Shown: positions 18,192 to 26,816 of the stretch, piece by piece
Position numbering within the stretch: the stretch's first letter is position 1
Layout: every line of letters begins with the position of its first letter
Sequence record: OP617745.1
Length of the DNA stretch: 64,000 nt
Reading direction: 5' to 3' (one strand)
The notes under the pieces: model-generated
Seen by the model: only the letters and a program-made list of their open reading frames with translations
What the model was told of the DNA's origin: nothing
Database searches by the model: none
Made by a program: the position numbers and the translations under genes

Positions 18192-18656
18192 ATGTTAATT
18201 GCTTATTTTGTATTAATGCTCTTTACTTTAGTTATTGTAGTACTTGATGGTTCTTATATTGGTTTATTTGGTAAAACTATTCAGAACTATCGTATCGCAG
18301 GAGCAGTAAATGATTCAGAGTCAAGACGTGTATCATATCTATGTGCGAGAGCATTAAATCATGAAATTGATGTTAAAATAATCGAAGATAAACATGAATC
18401 TTATCTGGTATTCAAAGATGAATTAGTTTGTCTTGATATCACAGACAGATTTAGATGGACGTTCGGTAACAGAATGAAGATGAATAGTGTAACACAGGAA
18501 ACTTTTATTAAAAAATGTGATAACGGAAGCAATAATTTGTCTATTAGTACAAAAAAAGATATTGAAGAAGTTATCCAGTACTGTAAAAATAATAACCTAA
18601 TTGATTCTTATAAGAGTTATGTGTCAATTAGTGATGACCTTTGGTGGATTGAATGA
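18192..18656 (+). CDS. Hypothetical protein with N-terminal TM segment
   Basis: 154-aa ORF. Confidence 0.6.
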   Translation: MLIAYFVLMLFTLVIVVLDGSYIGLFGKTIQNYRIAGAVNDSESRRVSYLCARALNHEIDVKIIEDKHESYLVFKDELVCLDITDRFRWTFGNRMKMNSVTQETFIKKCDNGSNNLSISTKKDIEEVIQYCKNNNLIDSYKSYVSISDDLWWIE

Positions 18657-19069
18657 GAGTACGTAAACACAAATTAAAACACTATAACAAAATTATCAAA
18701 AAATATTATTTAATTGATGATGATTTTATGCGTAAAATGTATCGTTCACTACATACCAGAGTATTCCCTGACTGTGTATTGAATGATAATAAAAAATACT
18801 ACAATCCATGTAAATCCAAGTACAAGAAAAAGGGAAAAAAAGGAAAATTCAAAAGTAAGAATTCTTTTGAAAAATTCATTCCAATGAGTAAAATATATGC
18901 ATGGATACCAATCACTTATTACAATCCAGTCAAAAGAAGTAGAGTAAAAGATATATCCAATGGATATATAATGTGCAGCCGAGTTGATCTGAATGAAATT
19001 CTTGGTACTGAATACAATGAAATGGATTTCCAAAATATGAATTTAATTTCATATTTTTCAGAGTGGTGA
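18653..19069 (+). CDS. Hypothetical basic protein
   Basis: 138 aa; ATGA overlap. Confidence 0.6.
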   Translation: MRVRKHKLKHYNKIIKKYYLIDDDFMRKMYRSLHTRVFPDCVLNDNKKYYNPCKSKYKKKGKKGKFKSKNSFEKFIPMSKIYAWIPITYYNPVKRSRVKDISNGYIMCSRVDLNEILGTEYNEMDFQNMNLISYFSEW

Positions 19070-19107
19070 TTTAATTTTTTTGGATATTTTTTATTAGGTG
19101 TGATATA

Positions 19108-19449
19108 ATGTATACAAATAAAGCACAAGTTGACACAATGTACTGGAATATTCATATTGCTGGGGATTTAGCAGCAGCGGAACGTTTTTGTACTGAATTC
19201 GCGTTTCAGAATGGTTGGTGTACACAAGTTTATTCTTGTAAGTACATTTATACTGGTGGACAGGAATCTGGTATTGTAGCTCGCATTATTTCTTATCCAC
19301 GTTTCAAGAAGAGTTTTGAAATTCAAAACGCAGAAGTTATTGATTTTGCCAAGAAATTAGCAGAACGTCTTTGTCAGAAAAGTTTTACAATTGAAAATAA
19401 AGATACCAGTACTTATTACGAAAGTGATAATCCACTACATGGAAAATAA
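19108..19449 (+). CDS. Conserved phage hypothetical protein
   Basis: 113 aa; YIYTGGQESG...ISYPRF motif typical of a phage hypothetical family. Confidence 0.65.
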   Translation: MYTNKAQVDTMYWNIHIAGDLAAAERFCTEFAFQNGWCTQVYSCKYIYTGGQESGIVARIISYPRFKKSFEIQNAEVIDFAKKLAERLCQKSFTIENKDTSTYYESDNPLHGK

Positions 19450-19929
19450 ATGAAAGCTAAAATTACTTATACGTATGAATTTGATCCATCAGAATCTGAG
19501 TTTTGGTCACATGAAACTGAACAAGATATGCTTAATGTATTAACTAGTAATGCTGAAGCTGGATTTCATAGAGTTCGTTTGAATCATGAATATCAACATA
19601 AAGTTTCTGATTTTAGTTATTCTATAAAACATGCTAAAAATACTTTTGATATAATTATTGAAAGTGAGTATCCGATTCATCGTTGTGAAGAATTTCTTGA
19701 AGATTTCAGTGATGATTGTTTTGAAGATCTTATGTCACAATTTTCTGTGTATTATTCAAAACATAACGTTGAGATTAAAAATTGGATAGAAATACCTACT
19801 AAACCAGGAAAATGTTCTCACATTTATCAACACTTGCAATTTATGGCAGTTGGTGATAAAATACAAGAATTGAAGAAATGTGAAAAGTGTGAAGAAGTCT
19901 TTACATTTGACGTTAAAAAAGGAAAATAG
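19450..19929 (+). CDS. Hypothetical protein (C-terminal Cys/His cluster)
   Basis: 159 aa, abutting the previous gene. Confidence 0.65.
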   Translation: MKAKITYTYEFDPSESEFWSHETEQDMLNVLTSNAEAGFHRVRLNHEYQHKVSDFSYSIKHAKNTFDIIIESEYPIHRCEEFLEDFSDDCFEDLMSQFSVYYSKHNVEIKNWIEIPTKPGKCSHIYQHLQFMAVGDKIQELKKCEKCEEVFTFDVKKGK

Positions 19930-20064
19930 ATGAAAGGATTACGAAATTTTACATATGCTACGTACATTGCAATACGTACTAGTTACGAAATGAACCCAGT
20001 ACTGACTACTGCTCTTGGAACAGTTACGGTACTTTTTGTTTTGAGTATATTTGGAGTTATTTAA
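19930..20064 (+). CDS. Small membrane protein (44 aa, below the ORF-track cutoff)
   Basis: ATG directly after the previous TAG; hydrophobic C-terminus TALGTVTVLFVLSIFGVI. Confidence 0.55.
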   Translation: MKGLRNFTYATYIAIRTSYEMNPVLTTALGTVTVLFVLSIFGVI

Positions 20065-20066
20065 TA

Positions 20067-20273
20067 ATGTCTGTGAAAATCAATGCTGATATTTACTGTA
20101 GTGGTGCACCGAACTATTTTATTTTTGCAGTAAGTACATCTTATGATAGTAAAGGTGATTCTTATACTTTGATTAATAATACACATTGGGTACGTACAAG
20201 TAACCCCATTGATATTTCTGAATTATCAAACTATTATAGCATTGGAAAAGACAGTATTTTTGTAAACAATTGA
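20067..20273 (+). CDS. Hypothetical protein
   Basis: 68-aa ORF in a coupled run. Confidence 0.55.
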   Translation: MSVKINADIYCSGAPNYFIFAVSTSYDSKGDSYTLINNTHWVRTSNPIDISELSNYYSIGKDSIFVNN

Positions 20274-20283
20274 GGAATTGTAT

Positions 20284-20691
20284 ATGATTTCATTGGAAGG
20301 TACATTACAATACGATCCACCAAGGACTATCAAAAACAATAGACCTTATTGGTTAGTACTAAACCTACCAGATGAAATTGTTAAGTACTACCAATGGTTT
20401 GTTCGTAAAGAATTATTCATTGATATTAAAGATCCTCTACACAGTGCTCATGTGAGTATAGTTCGTGGTGAAGTTCCTCCTAATATTGATATGTGGAAAA
20501 AATATGATGGTATGAAATTACAATTCCAATACTATCCATATATTACAATGAAAAAAGATAATAAAAATCCAGGAAACTTTTTCTTTATTGAATTTGATTC
20601 TGATGAAATAATGAGCATTCGAGACGAACTGGGATTATATTCCAAATATTCCGAGTGGCATTTTACGATTGGTAGAACTCACTACGACTAA
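20284..20691 (+). CDS. Putative 2H phosphoesterase
   Basis: Two HxS/T motifs (AHVSIV and WHFTIG) about 70 aa apart; start at ATG 20284 behind GAGGA. Confidence 0.55.
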   Translation: MISLEGTLQYDPPRTIKNNRPYWLVLNLPDEIVKYYQWFVRKELFIDIKDPLHSAHVSIVRGEVPPNIDMWKKYDGMKLQFQYYPYITMKKDNKNPGNFFFIEFDSDEIMSIRDELGLYSKYSEWHFTIGRTHYD

Positions 20692-20698
20692 ATATAAT

Positions 20699-20732
20699 TT
20701 GACATTAAATGAAATCAGTATTAAAATACTGA
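20699..20732 (+). promoter_or_regulatory. sigma70-type promoter with an operator-like inverted repeat over the -10 box
   Basis: TTGACA-N17-TAAAAT; TCAGTATT-AA-AATACTGA at 20715-20732. Confidence 0.7.
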
Positions 20733-20747
20733 GATTGTTAAGTCCAT

Positions 20748-20793
20748 AGTGGCTTGATGCGGAAAAGCCACTTTCTGTATCAAGCCTTTTATT
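20748..20793 (+). promoter_or_regulatory. Candidate attenuator / leader terminator with alternative fold
   Basis: 15-bp hairpin 20751-20786 plus TTTT; mutually exclusive 8-bp stem AGTGGCTT/AAGCCACT. Confidence 0.5.
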
Positions 20794-20819
20794 AAACAAA
20801 AAAAGGAGAAATACAGAAC

Positions 20820-21722
20820 ATGGCGAAACATAACAGAAAAACCATCAAAAAGTTTATTCTTTTAAGTGGTTTAACTGTTCTTGCTGCCGCTACATTTGAA
20901 TTTAACGCTTTTTCTAATAACGATCACTTATCATCGCAAAAGGTAAGTATACAGGAACCGCATATTCAGCAAATTCAAAAGCAAGTACTTAATATTACAG
21001 TACTCAACAGCGAGAATGAAAAATACACGGTACAGGCTGGTGATACATATAAAAGTATTTCCGTTAAATATAAGCCAAAAAACGTGAAACTATCCGAGTA
21101 TATCACATTAATAAAAAATATTAATTTGAATGCTCCTATTAGAACTTCTCAAGTTATCCTCTTACCTAATAAAGAGGATTTGCAGAGCATTATGACTGAT
21201 GAGGTTATAAAATTCGATTATACAAACCCAAATTTTATTTCTCACTTAAAAGAACAAGAGGGATCAAAAAAATATCAAAGTACTACTAAACGTAGATTGT
21301 TAAATGGTACTTATGGTTATTCTTACAAAAACTCTAAGTTCTATCCATACAGAGATAGCTATGGTAATTACACCATAGGCTTCGGTCATTATATTTCTCG
21401 TAATGAATCAGTTGCAATGAAGTACAAAAATGGCATCAGTACTAAGGAAGCACATGATTTATTACTTGAAGATCTTAAAGTTACTGATTTACAATTAACC
21501 AAATTATTACAAGAAAAGAATGTTAAAAATTTGAGTCCATACCAAGAGAGGGTATTATTTGAAATGACATTTATGTTAGGTTCAGATAAATTGTCAAAAT
21601 TCCATACAATGTGGAGTGGTATTAAAACTGGAAATCATAAAAAGGTTAAACAGGCGATTGTCAATTCATTGTGGTATCGTCAGGTACCAAATCGTGCTGA
21701 ATTGCTGGTAAACAATCTTTAA
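20820..21722 (+). CDS. LysM-domain, T4-lysozyme-like (GH24) muramidase with N-terminal hydrophobic/signal segment
   Basis: YTVQAGDTYKSIS (LysM); LKEQEG...YRDSYGNYTIGFGH (GH24 catalytic E..D..T); SLWYRQVPNRA. Confidence 0.85.
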   Translation: MAKHNRKTIKKFILLSGLTVLAAATFEFNAFSNNDHLSSQKVSIQEPHIQQIQKQVLNITVLNSENEKYTVQAGDTYKSISVKYKPKNVKLSEYITLIKNINLNAPIRTSQVILLPNKEDLQSIMTDEVIKFDYTNPNFISHLKEQEGSKKYQSTTKRRLLNGTYGYSYKNSKFYPYRDSYGNYTIGFGHYISRNESVAMKYKNGISTKEAHDLLLEDLKVTDLQLTKLLQEKNVKNLSPYQERVLFEMTFMLGSDKLSKFHTMWSGIKTGNHKKVKQAIVNSLWYRQVPNRAELLVNNL

Positions 21723-21737
21723 AACATTTTTTTGGCA

Positions 21738-21767
21738 TTGACAACATTACAGATTGTGTGTTATAAT
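21738..21767 (+). promoter_or_regulatory. sigma70-type promoter
   Basis: TTGACA-N18-TATAAT with extended TG. Confidence 0.7.
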
Positions 21768-21793
21768 AAAGGGACTTTAAGAGTCCCTTTTTC
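21768..21793 (+). terminator. Intrinsic terminator after the lysozyme gene
   Basis: AAAGGGACT-TTAAG-AGTCCCTTTTT. Confidence 0.75.
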
Positions 21794-21807
21794 TATTTGG
21801 AAAATGT

Positions 21808-22260
21808 ATGCAAGAAACAATCAAATCTATTTCATTGAAAAATGAATTACAATCTGTACTTGATATTAAAGATATTCATTACTATAAAAATACATATAAA
21901 AATAATAAATTTAGTGCAGGATGGTTTAAAATAACAAAAAATACAAGTATTTGTCAGGTGCGTTGTGGTGTGAATTATGCTTCGTATCTTTGTATTGAAG
22001 TACGTTATCCAAACAGAGATGAATTAAAATTTAAGTTATACAATGATGCAATTGTATTGGAAGTGAGAAACGGGTTTATTAATATTTTTACGTTTAAACA
22101 TGTACAGCATTGTAGATTTACACCTGATTTATCTTATGATATGTACCATCAATATATGTTCATTGAAGACCATTGGAATTTATCATATGATGAGTATTCA
22201 GTACTGAACAAGATTTATAATAAATGTAAAGATAATTTATTGAAAGAAGAAAAAAGATGA
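21808..22260 (+). CDS. Hypothetical protein
   Basis: 150-aa ORF. Confidence 0.65.
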   Translation: MQETIKSISLKNELQSVLDIKDIHYYKNTYKNNKFSAGWFKITKNTSICQVRCGVNYASYLCIEVRYPNRDELKFKLYNDAIVLEVRNGFINIFTFKHVQHCRFTPDLSYDMYHQYMFIEDHWNLSYDEYSVLNKIYNKCKDNLLKEEKR

Positions 22261-22271
22261 AGGGTTAAAAT

Positions 22272-23378
22272 ATGAAAAAATATCTGGTAGGCGGTTATTG
22301 TCGTGATCGTCTTATGGGATTAAAACCAAAAGACAAAGATTATGTTATTGTTGGTGCTAATGAATCAGATATAAAATATCTGGAAAATGCTGGGTATAAA
22401 CAAGTTGGTGTTGATTTCCCTGTGTATCTTAGTCCAAAAGGTAATGAATTTGCATTAGCTCGTGTAGAAAGAAAAACAGGGAATGGTTATGGTGGTTTTA
22501 CCGTTGAAACAAAAGGTGTCACTCTTGAAGAAGACTTATCTCGTCGAGATTTGACAATTAATAGTATTGCATATGAACCACTAATGGGAATCCACATTGA
22601 CCCATTTAAAGGAAGAGATGATATTAAAAATAAAATCTTGCGTCATACAAGTTCAGCTTTTAGTGAAGATCCACTCCGTGTTCTAAGGCTTGCTCGTTTT
22701 GCTACACGTTTTCAGGATTTTACTATTCATTCTGATACTGAACAAATGGTAATTGATATGGTACAAAGTGGTGAAACTGATTACTTGGTACCTGACCGAG
22801 TTTATGTTGAATTTAAAAAAGCATTTTCAGAAGAAAAACCAGGTCGATTTATTAAAGTATTAAATGATATTGGATATATTCCCAAAGTACTACCTAAGTT
22901 TAAATGTACTAAAAAGAACATCGAATTGATTGATTATATTTCGATGAATTGTACTGAACAATGGAAAGATTATTTCATTTGGAGTGTATTACTACAGGAT
23001 GAAATTACTAATATTGAATCTAAAATCCGTGTACCACAAAAATACATTAAATTTAGTTCTTTTGTAGACCGTATGAAGGAAAATATTAAAACGTTTCGTA
23101 AAAAATCAGTAGAGGAAATGTGTGATATTCTCTTTGATATGAATATCAAAAATAACGGTGGTGAAGAGTTTTTATATAAAGTACTGGAGTATTTTATTCT
23201 ACGAAAAGAAATTGATGTAGACTTAGAAGACTTGATTATTAAAGTATATGACAGATATGATAGTACTGTCATTCCTGATATTCAGGAAATGGTAAAAACT
23301 GGGGAACTTGATCCAAAAGACATTCGTGATTTTGTTCAAAATACACGCTATCATGAAATTAAAAAAATGTTTATCTGA
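22272..23378 (+). CDS. cca: tRNA nucleotidyltransferase (CCA-adding enzyme, class II)
   Basis: YLVGGYCRDRLMG...KDKDYVIVG; EEDLSRRDLTINSIA; FSEDPLRVLRLARF. No recognisable HD motif in the C-terminal part. Confidence 0.92.
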   Translation: MKKYLVGGYCRDRLMGLKPKDKDYVIVGANESDIKYLENAGYKQVGVDFPVYLSPKGNEFALARVERKTGNGYGGFTVETKGVTLEEDLSRRDLTINSIAYEPLMGIHIDPFKGRDDIKNKILRHTSSAFSEDPLRVLRLARFATRFQDFTIHSDTEQMVIDMVQSGETDYLVPDRVYVEFKKAFSEEKPGRFIKVLNDIGYIPKVLPKFKCTKKNIELIDYISMNCTEQWKDYFIWSVLLQDEITNIESKIRVPQKYIKFSSFVDRMKENIKTFRKKSVEEMCDILFDMNIKNNGGEEFLYKVLEYFILRKEIDVDLEDLIIKVYDRYDSTVIPDIQEMVKTGELDPKDIRDFVQNTRYHEIKKMFI

Positions 23379-23439
23379 ACGTAAGACCAAAAAAAACGAT
23401 ATAATAAATACCACAACAGCAAGCAAAAAGGAACGTCTT

Positions 23440-23874
23440 ATGCTTTATAGTTGTGGTATTATATTTTACCAAAATGGACAAATATTATTGGGTCATTGTA
23501 CTGGTCAAAAACATTGGGATTTACCAAAAGGTAAAGCTGAAAACAATGAATCATTTGTTGAAGCAGCCATAAGAGAATGCAAAGAAGAAACTGGATTTAT
23601 TGTAAAAGAAAATGAATTAATTCTATTAGGAGAAGTATCCTACCGTAAAGGAAAAAGATTAGTATTATTTTTTTGTACGTCAAAAATTAAACCAAATCCA
23701 GATGAGCTTCGATGTAGTACTACATATGTTAACAAACATGGTAAGAGAAGACCAGATATAGATTCGTACAAATATGTAGATCTAAAAGATTGTCCAAAAT
23801 ATTTAACACAAAGAATGTCTAAAAGTATTTTAAAATGTACAGAGATTTATAAGAAGAAAAGGGAATCGAAATGA
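23440..23874 (+). CDS. Nudix hydrolase
   Basis: Nudix box GKAENNESFVEAAIRECKEETG; start placed at ATG 23440 behind AAGGA. Confidence 0.88.
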   Translation: MLYSCGIIFYQNGQILLGHCTGQKHWDLPKGKAENNESFVEAAIRECKEETGFIVKENELILLGEVSYRKGKRLVLFFCTSKIKPNPDELRCSTTYVNKHGKRRPDIDSYKYVDLKDCPKYLTQRMSKSILKCTEIYKKKRESK

Positions 23875-24119
23875 AAGTAACTATCTATGGTCGTAGTAGT
23901 GGTTGTAAGTGGTGTGATACAGCCAAAGCAGTATGTGAAACCAATGGTTTTGATATGACATTTATTGATATCGATAGTGAAGGTATTGATGCCAATAAAC
24001 TTGCTGAAATCTGTGGTGAACCAGTACGCTCCGTTCCACAAATTTTTGTGAATGGTGAATTCGTGAAAGGTGGTTGTACTGGTTTTGTTGAAGGTCTGAA
24101 AGAAGGTAAATTCATTTGA
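23871..24119 (+). CDS. Glutaredoxin
   Basis: CKWC redox motif; RSVPQIFVNG. Confidence 0.9.
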   Translation: MKVTIYGRSSGCKWCDTAKAVCETNGFDMTFIDIDSEGIDANKLAEICGEPVRSVPQIFVNGEFVKGGCTGFVEGLKEGKFI

Positions 24120-24346
24120 ATATTGAAGAAATCTCTAAACGTGCAAAAGAAGTTGCAGAACAATTAGGAACTGATTTCGTTATTCCAGATTATAATGCAT
24201 CTAAAGAAAAAGCAGAACGCAATATTAAAATGCGTATGGAATACTTGTCACGTAAAGAAGAATACGATAATGTAATTGAAATGATTTTTGAAAAATATAG
24301 TCCAGAAGTCATTAATTGTTTTATTAACGATATCAAGAAATCCTAA
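24116..24346 (+). CDS. Hypothetical protein
   Basis: 76 aa; TTG start overlapping the glutaredoxin stop. Confidence 0.55.
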   Translation: MNIEEISKRAKEVAEQLGTDFVIPDYNASKEKAERNIKMRMEYLSRKEEYDNVIEMIFEKYSPEVINCFINDIKKS

Positions 24347-24394
24347 ATAATATTGAAGGAACATGATTCCTTTGTACAATAAGAGGATATTACT

Positions 24395-24634
24395 ATGCTT
24401 AGTTTCCGTGAAAAATTAGCTAAAGGTATTTTTGAACACTCTACTCCTGCTACTTTTATTCCTAAAAAATCAAAATTCTTAGGAACAATTACAGAAGATG
24501 GTTATTGTGATTTTGAAGCACCAGAGAGTGATTGGTATCTTACTAAGGATTCAACACGAAGTAATAGACTTTATAAAAGTACACTAGCACGACAACATCG
24601 TAAAGAAGTGAAACGTATACGTTTCAAAGAATAA
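24395..24634 (+). CDS. Hypothetical protein
   Basis: 79 aa, GAGGA SD, preceded by CTAAATA. Confidence 0.6.
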   Translation: MLSFREKLAKGIFEHSTPATFIPKKSKFLGTITEDGYCDFEAPESDWYLTKDSTRSNRLYKSTLARQHRKEVKRIRFKE

Positions 24635-24639
24635 ATCAA

Positions 24640-24675
24640 AAAAGGACTTCAAATATTTGAAGTCCTTTTCTTTTC
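24640..24675 (+). terminator. Intrinsic terminator
   Basis: AAAAGGACTTCAAA-TA-TTTGAAGTCCTTTT. Confidence 0.8.
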
Positions 24676-24685
24676 AGGAAAATAT

Positions 24686-25165
24686 ATGATTCAGATACAC
24701 AATGGTAATCTGTTTGAAAAATACATCACACTAAACACACCACCAGACGCTCTACACATCATTGTACACGGCTGTAACGCACAGGGTAAGATGGGATCAG
24801 GGTTTGCTAAAGAACTCCGCACACGCTTTCCAGTGGCTTATACGGAGTATTCAGAACACATATCAATGATTGGTACGGATAATGTATTAGGTACTGTATC
24901 ATATGTTGCCATTGATGAAAAGTTGATTATTGCAAATGCCATTACACAGCAGTACTATGGATATGATTCCAAAAAATATGTAAGTTATGATGCAGTTGAC
25001 ACAGCGTTTAAAAATTTGAATGCATTTTGTGATTGTGATAAAATAATACATGTGCATTTCCCTAAGATTGGAGCCGATTTAGGCGGAGGTAACTGGAACG
25101 TTATCAAGGAAATCATTGATGGTTCACTCATCAATGCACACAAACATTTATATATTCTAAACTAA
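24686..25165 (+). CDS. Macro-domain (ADP-ribose processing) protein
   Basis: IVHGCNAQGKMGSGFAKELRTRFP; FPKIGADLGGGNWNVI. Confidence 0.88.
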   Translation: MIQIHNGNLFEKYITLNTPPDALHIIVHGCNAQGKMGSGFAKELRTRFPVAYTEYSEHISMIGTDNVLGTVSYVAIDEKLIIANAITQQYYGYDSKKYVSYDAVDTAFKNLNAFCDCDKIIHVHFPKIGADLGGGNWNVIKEIIDGSLINAHKHLYILN

Positions 25166-25181
25166 AAAAGGACTTGACACT

Positions 25182-25496
25182 ATGACTAAAAATGTTAAAC
25201 TATTCCATGTAAATTCAGTTGGTCCAGTACTGGCAATCATCCAACAAGAAACCGCCGAGGCTATTGTTGTGAATGACCCACTACAATTGGGTACAGATGA
25301 AAAAGGTGAACTAATGATGATGGATTATCTTGATATGATTACTGAACACAAAGCAGTTGTGTTTTACAAAAACAACATCATTAGTGTGAGTACTCCAGTA
25401 CCACAACTGGCTAAACTTTATGTTGAAGCAGTCAAGGGTGAAGAAGATTCTGCTCCTAAGCTAATCGTCCCTGACAATAAAATTATCACACGTTAA
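25182..25496 (+). CDS. Hypothetical protein (possible Sm-like small beta fold)
   Basis: 104 aa, AAGGA SD. Confidence 0.6.
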   Translation: MTKNVKLFHVNSVGPVLAIIQQETAEAIVVNDPLQLGTDEKGELMMMDYLDMITEHKAVVFYKNNIISVSTPVPQLAKLYVEAVKGEEDSAPKLIVPDNKIITR

Positions 25497-25516
25497 TATA
25501 CTAAAAAGGTACAGTT

Positions 25517-25897
25517 ATGTCCAATAAAGAAGCAGTAAACACTATTCAAGCTATTCTGATTATGGCAAATGATCAACCAAACCCAAAAGAACTTGTTATG
25601 GCTGGCATGACTGTACTACACCAGTACAACCCAGCTTCACCTAATTTTGTAGGTCAAGCAGAAGCAGAAGAATTTAAAAAGCATTGGGACTCGTGGATTA
25701 AAAATAATATGGAACAAGTAGTATACGTATGTAACTCAGAAGAAGACATGGAACAAATCGAGTACCAGGCTAATATGGAATCTATTCCTCTTAGTATTTT
25801 TGGTAATGGTGAAAAATGTCTTGTACTTGGACCGTTCAGTGCTGAAGATATTGAACGAGTGACACATGAACTCGTTGAAGGAAGTATTCAGTACTAA
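25517..25897 (+). CDS. Possible degenerate peptidyl-tRNA hydrolase II-like protein
   Basis: W...QVVYVCNSEEDMEQI..QA......CLVLGPFSAEDIERVT resembles the PTH2 fold pattern but lacks the DAGxT loop. Confidence 0.4.
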   Translation: MSNKEAVNTIQAILIMANDQPNPKELVMAGMTVLHQYNPASPNFVGQAEAEEFKKHWDSWIKNNMEQVVYVCNSEEDMEQIEYQANMESIPLSIFGNGEKCLVLGPFSAEDIERVTHELVEGSIQY

Positions 25898-25954
25898 TAC
25901 AATTATAATATAGCACCTCTAAATAATGTATATAACATTAAAATGAGGTGCTAT

Positions 25955-26743
25955 ATGTACGATTATATGGCTGGCAATTCAGATGCTCCAAATTTTGATC
26001 ACAGAGAGAAAATTAAAGATACTATTACACAAATGCTTGGTGCAGGTGCTGTAAATGTAGAACTCACTGATGGTCAACTTGAAATTGCAATAGATAATGC
26101 AGTGAGTAATTACAGAGCATGGAGTTCTGCATCAAAAGAAGAAGCATTTTTACATTTAAAAATGTTCGATTCACAGAGTGTTTATGTACTTCCTACTGAA
26201 GTTGAAATAGTACATAAAATTTATCGCTACGGAAATGGATATTTAAGTTCTGGACAAGGTTCAGCAACTGACCCTTTTAGTTTAGCATTCACCAATAGTT
26301 ATGTCCTCCAATCTGCACGAAATGCAGGTGGTTATGATTTAGCTACTTATGATTTTTCATTCCAATATCAAGAACTTGTCGCCAGAATGTTCGGAAGAGA
26401 TATTATTTTTCAATTCAATCCAGTAACAAAGAAATTAGTACTTGATCGTGATATTCGAGGAAATGAAGAAGTATTAATCCATGTTTTTCAAAACTTACCA
26501 GAACCGATGTTATTCCAGAAACAACAATCTTATCCGTGGTTGCGTGATTGGGCTTTATCGGAAGCTATGATCATGTTAGGTAGGAACCGTAACAAATTTG
26601 CTACTCTCCCAGGCCCACAAGGTACATTTTCAATGGATGGTCAGCAAATGCTGGCTGATGGTCAACAATTGCAACAAGAATTGAAAGAAAGACTAAGAAA
26701 ATACGAAGATGGTTCTCAACCACTTGGTATGATTATTGGATAA
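25955..26743 (+). CDS. Neck / head-tail adaptor protein (T4 gp13-like)
   Basis: LGAGAVNVELTDGQLEIAIDNA; WLRDWALSEAMIMLGRNRNKF..LPGPQG.FSMDG typical of myovirus neck proteins. Confidence 0.75.
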   Translation: MYDYMAGNSDAPNFDHREKIKDTITQMLGAGAVNVELTDGQLEIAIDNAVSNYRAWSSASKEEAFLHLKMFDSQSVYVLPTEVEIVHKIYRYGNGYLSSGQGSATDPFSLAFTNSYVLQSARNAGGYDLATYDFSFQYQELVARMFGRDIIFQFNPVTKKLVLDRDIRGNEEVLIHVFQNLPEPMLFQKQQSYPWLRDWALSEAMIMLGRNRNKFATLPGPQGTFSMDGQQMLADGQQLQQELKERLRKYEDGSQPLGMIIG

Positions 26744-26762
26744 TTAAAAAAATAAAAAATAA

Positions 26763-26798
26763 AAAAGTACTAATATGGGTTTCTGTATTAGTACTTTT
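26763..26798 (+). terminator. Terminator-like hairpin with AGTACT in both arms
   Basis: AAAAGTACTAATA-N10-TATTAGTACTTTT. Confidence 0.6.
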
Positions 26799-26816
26799 AT
26801 TTTATGGTACTAACAA

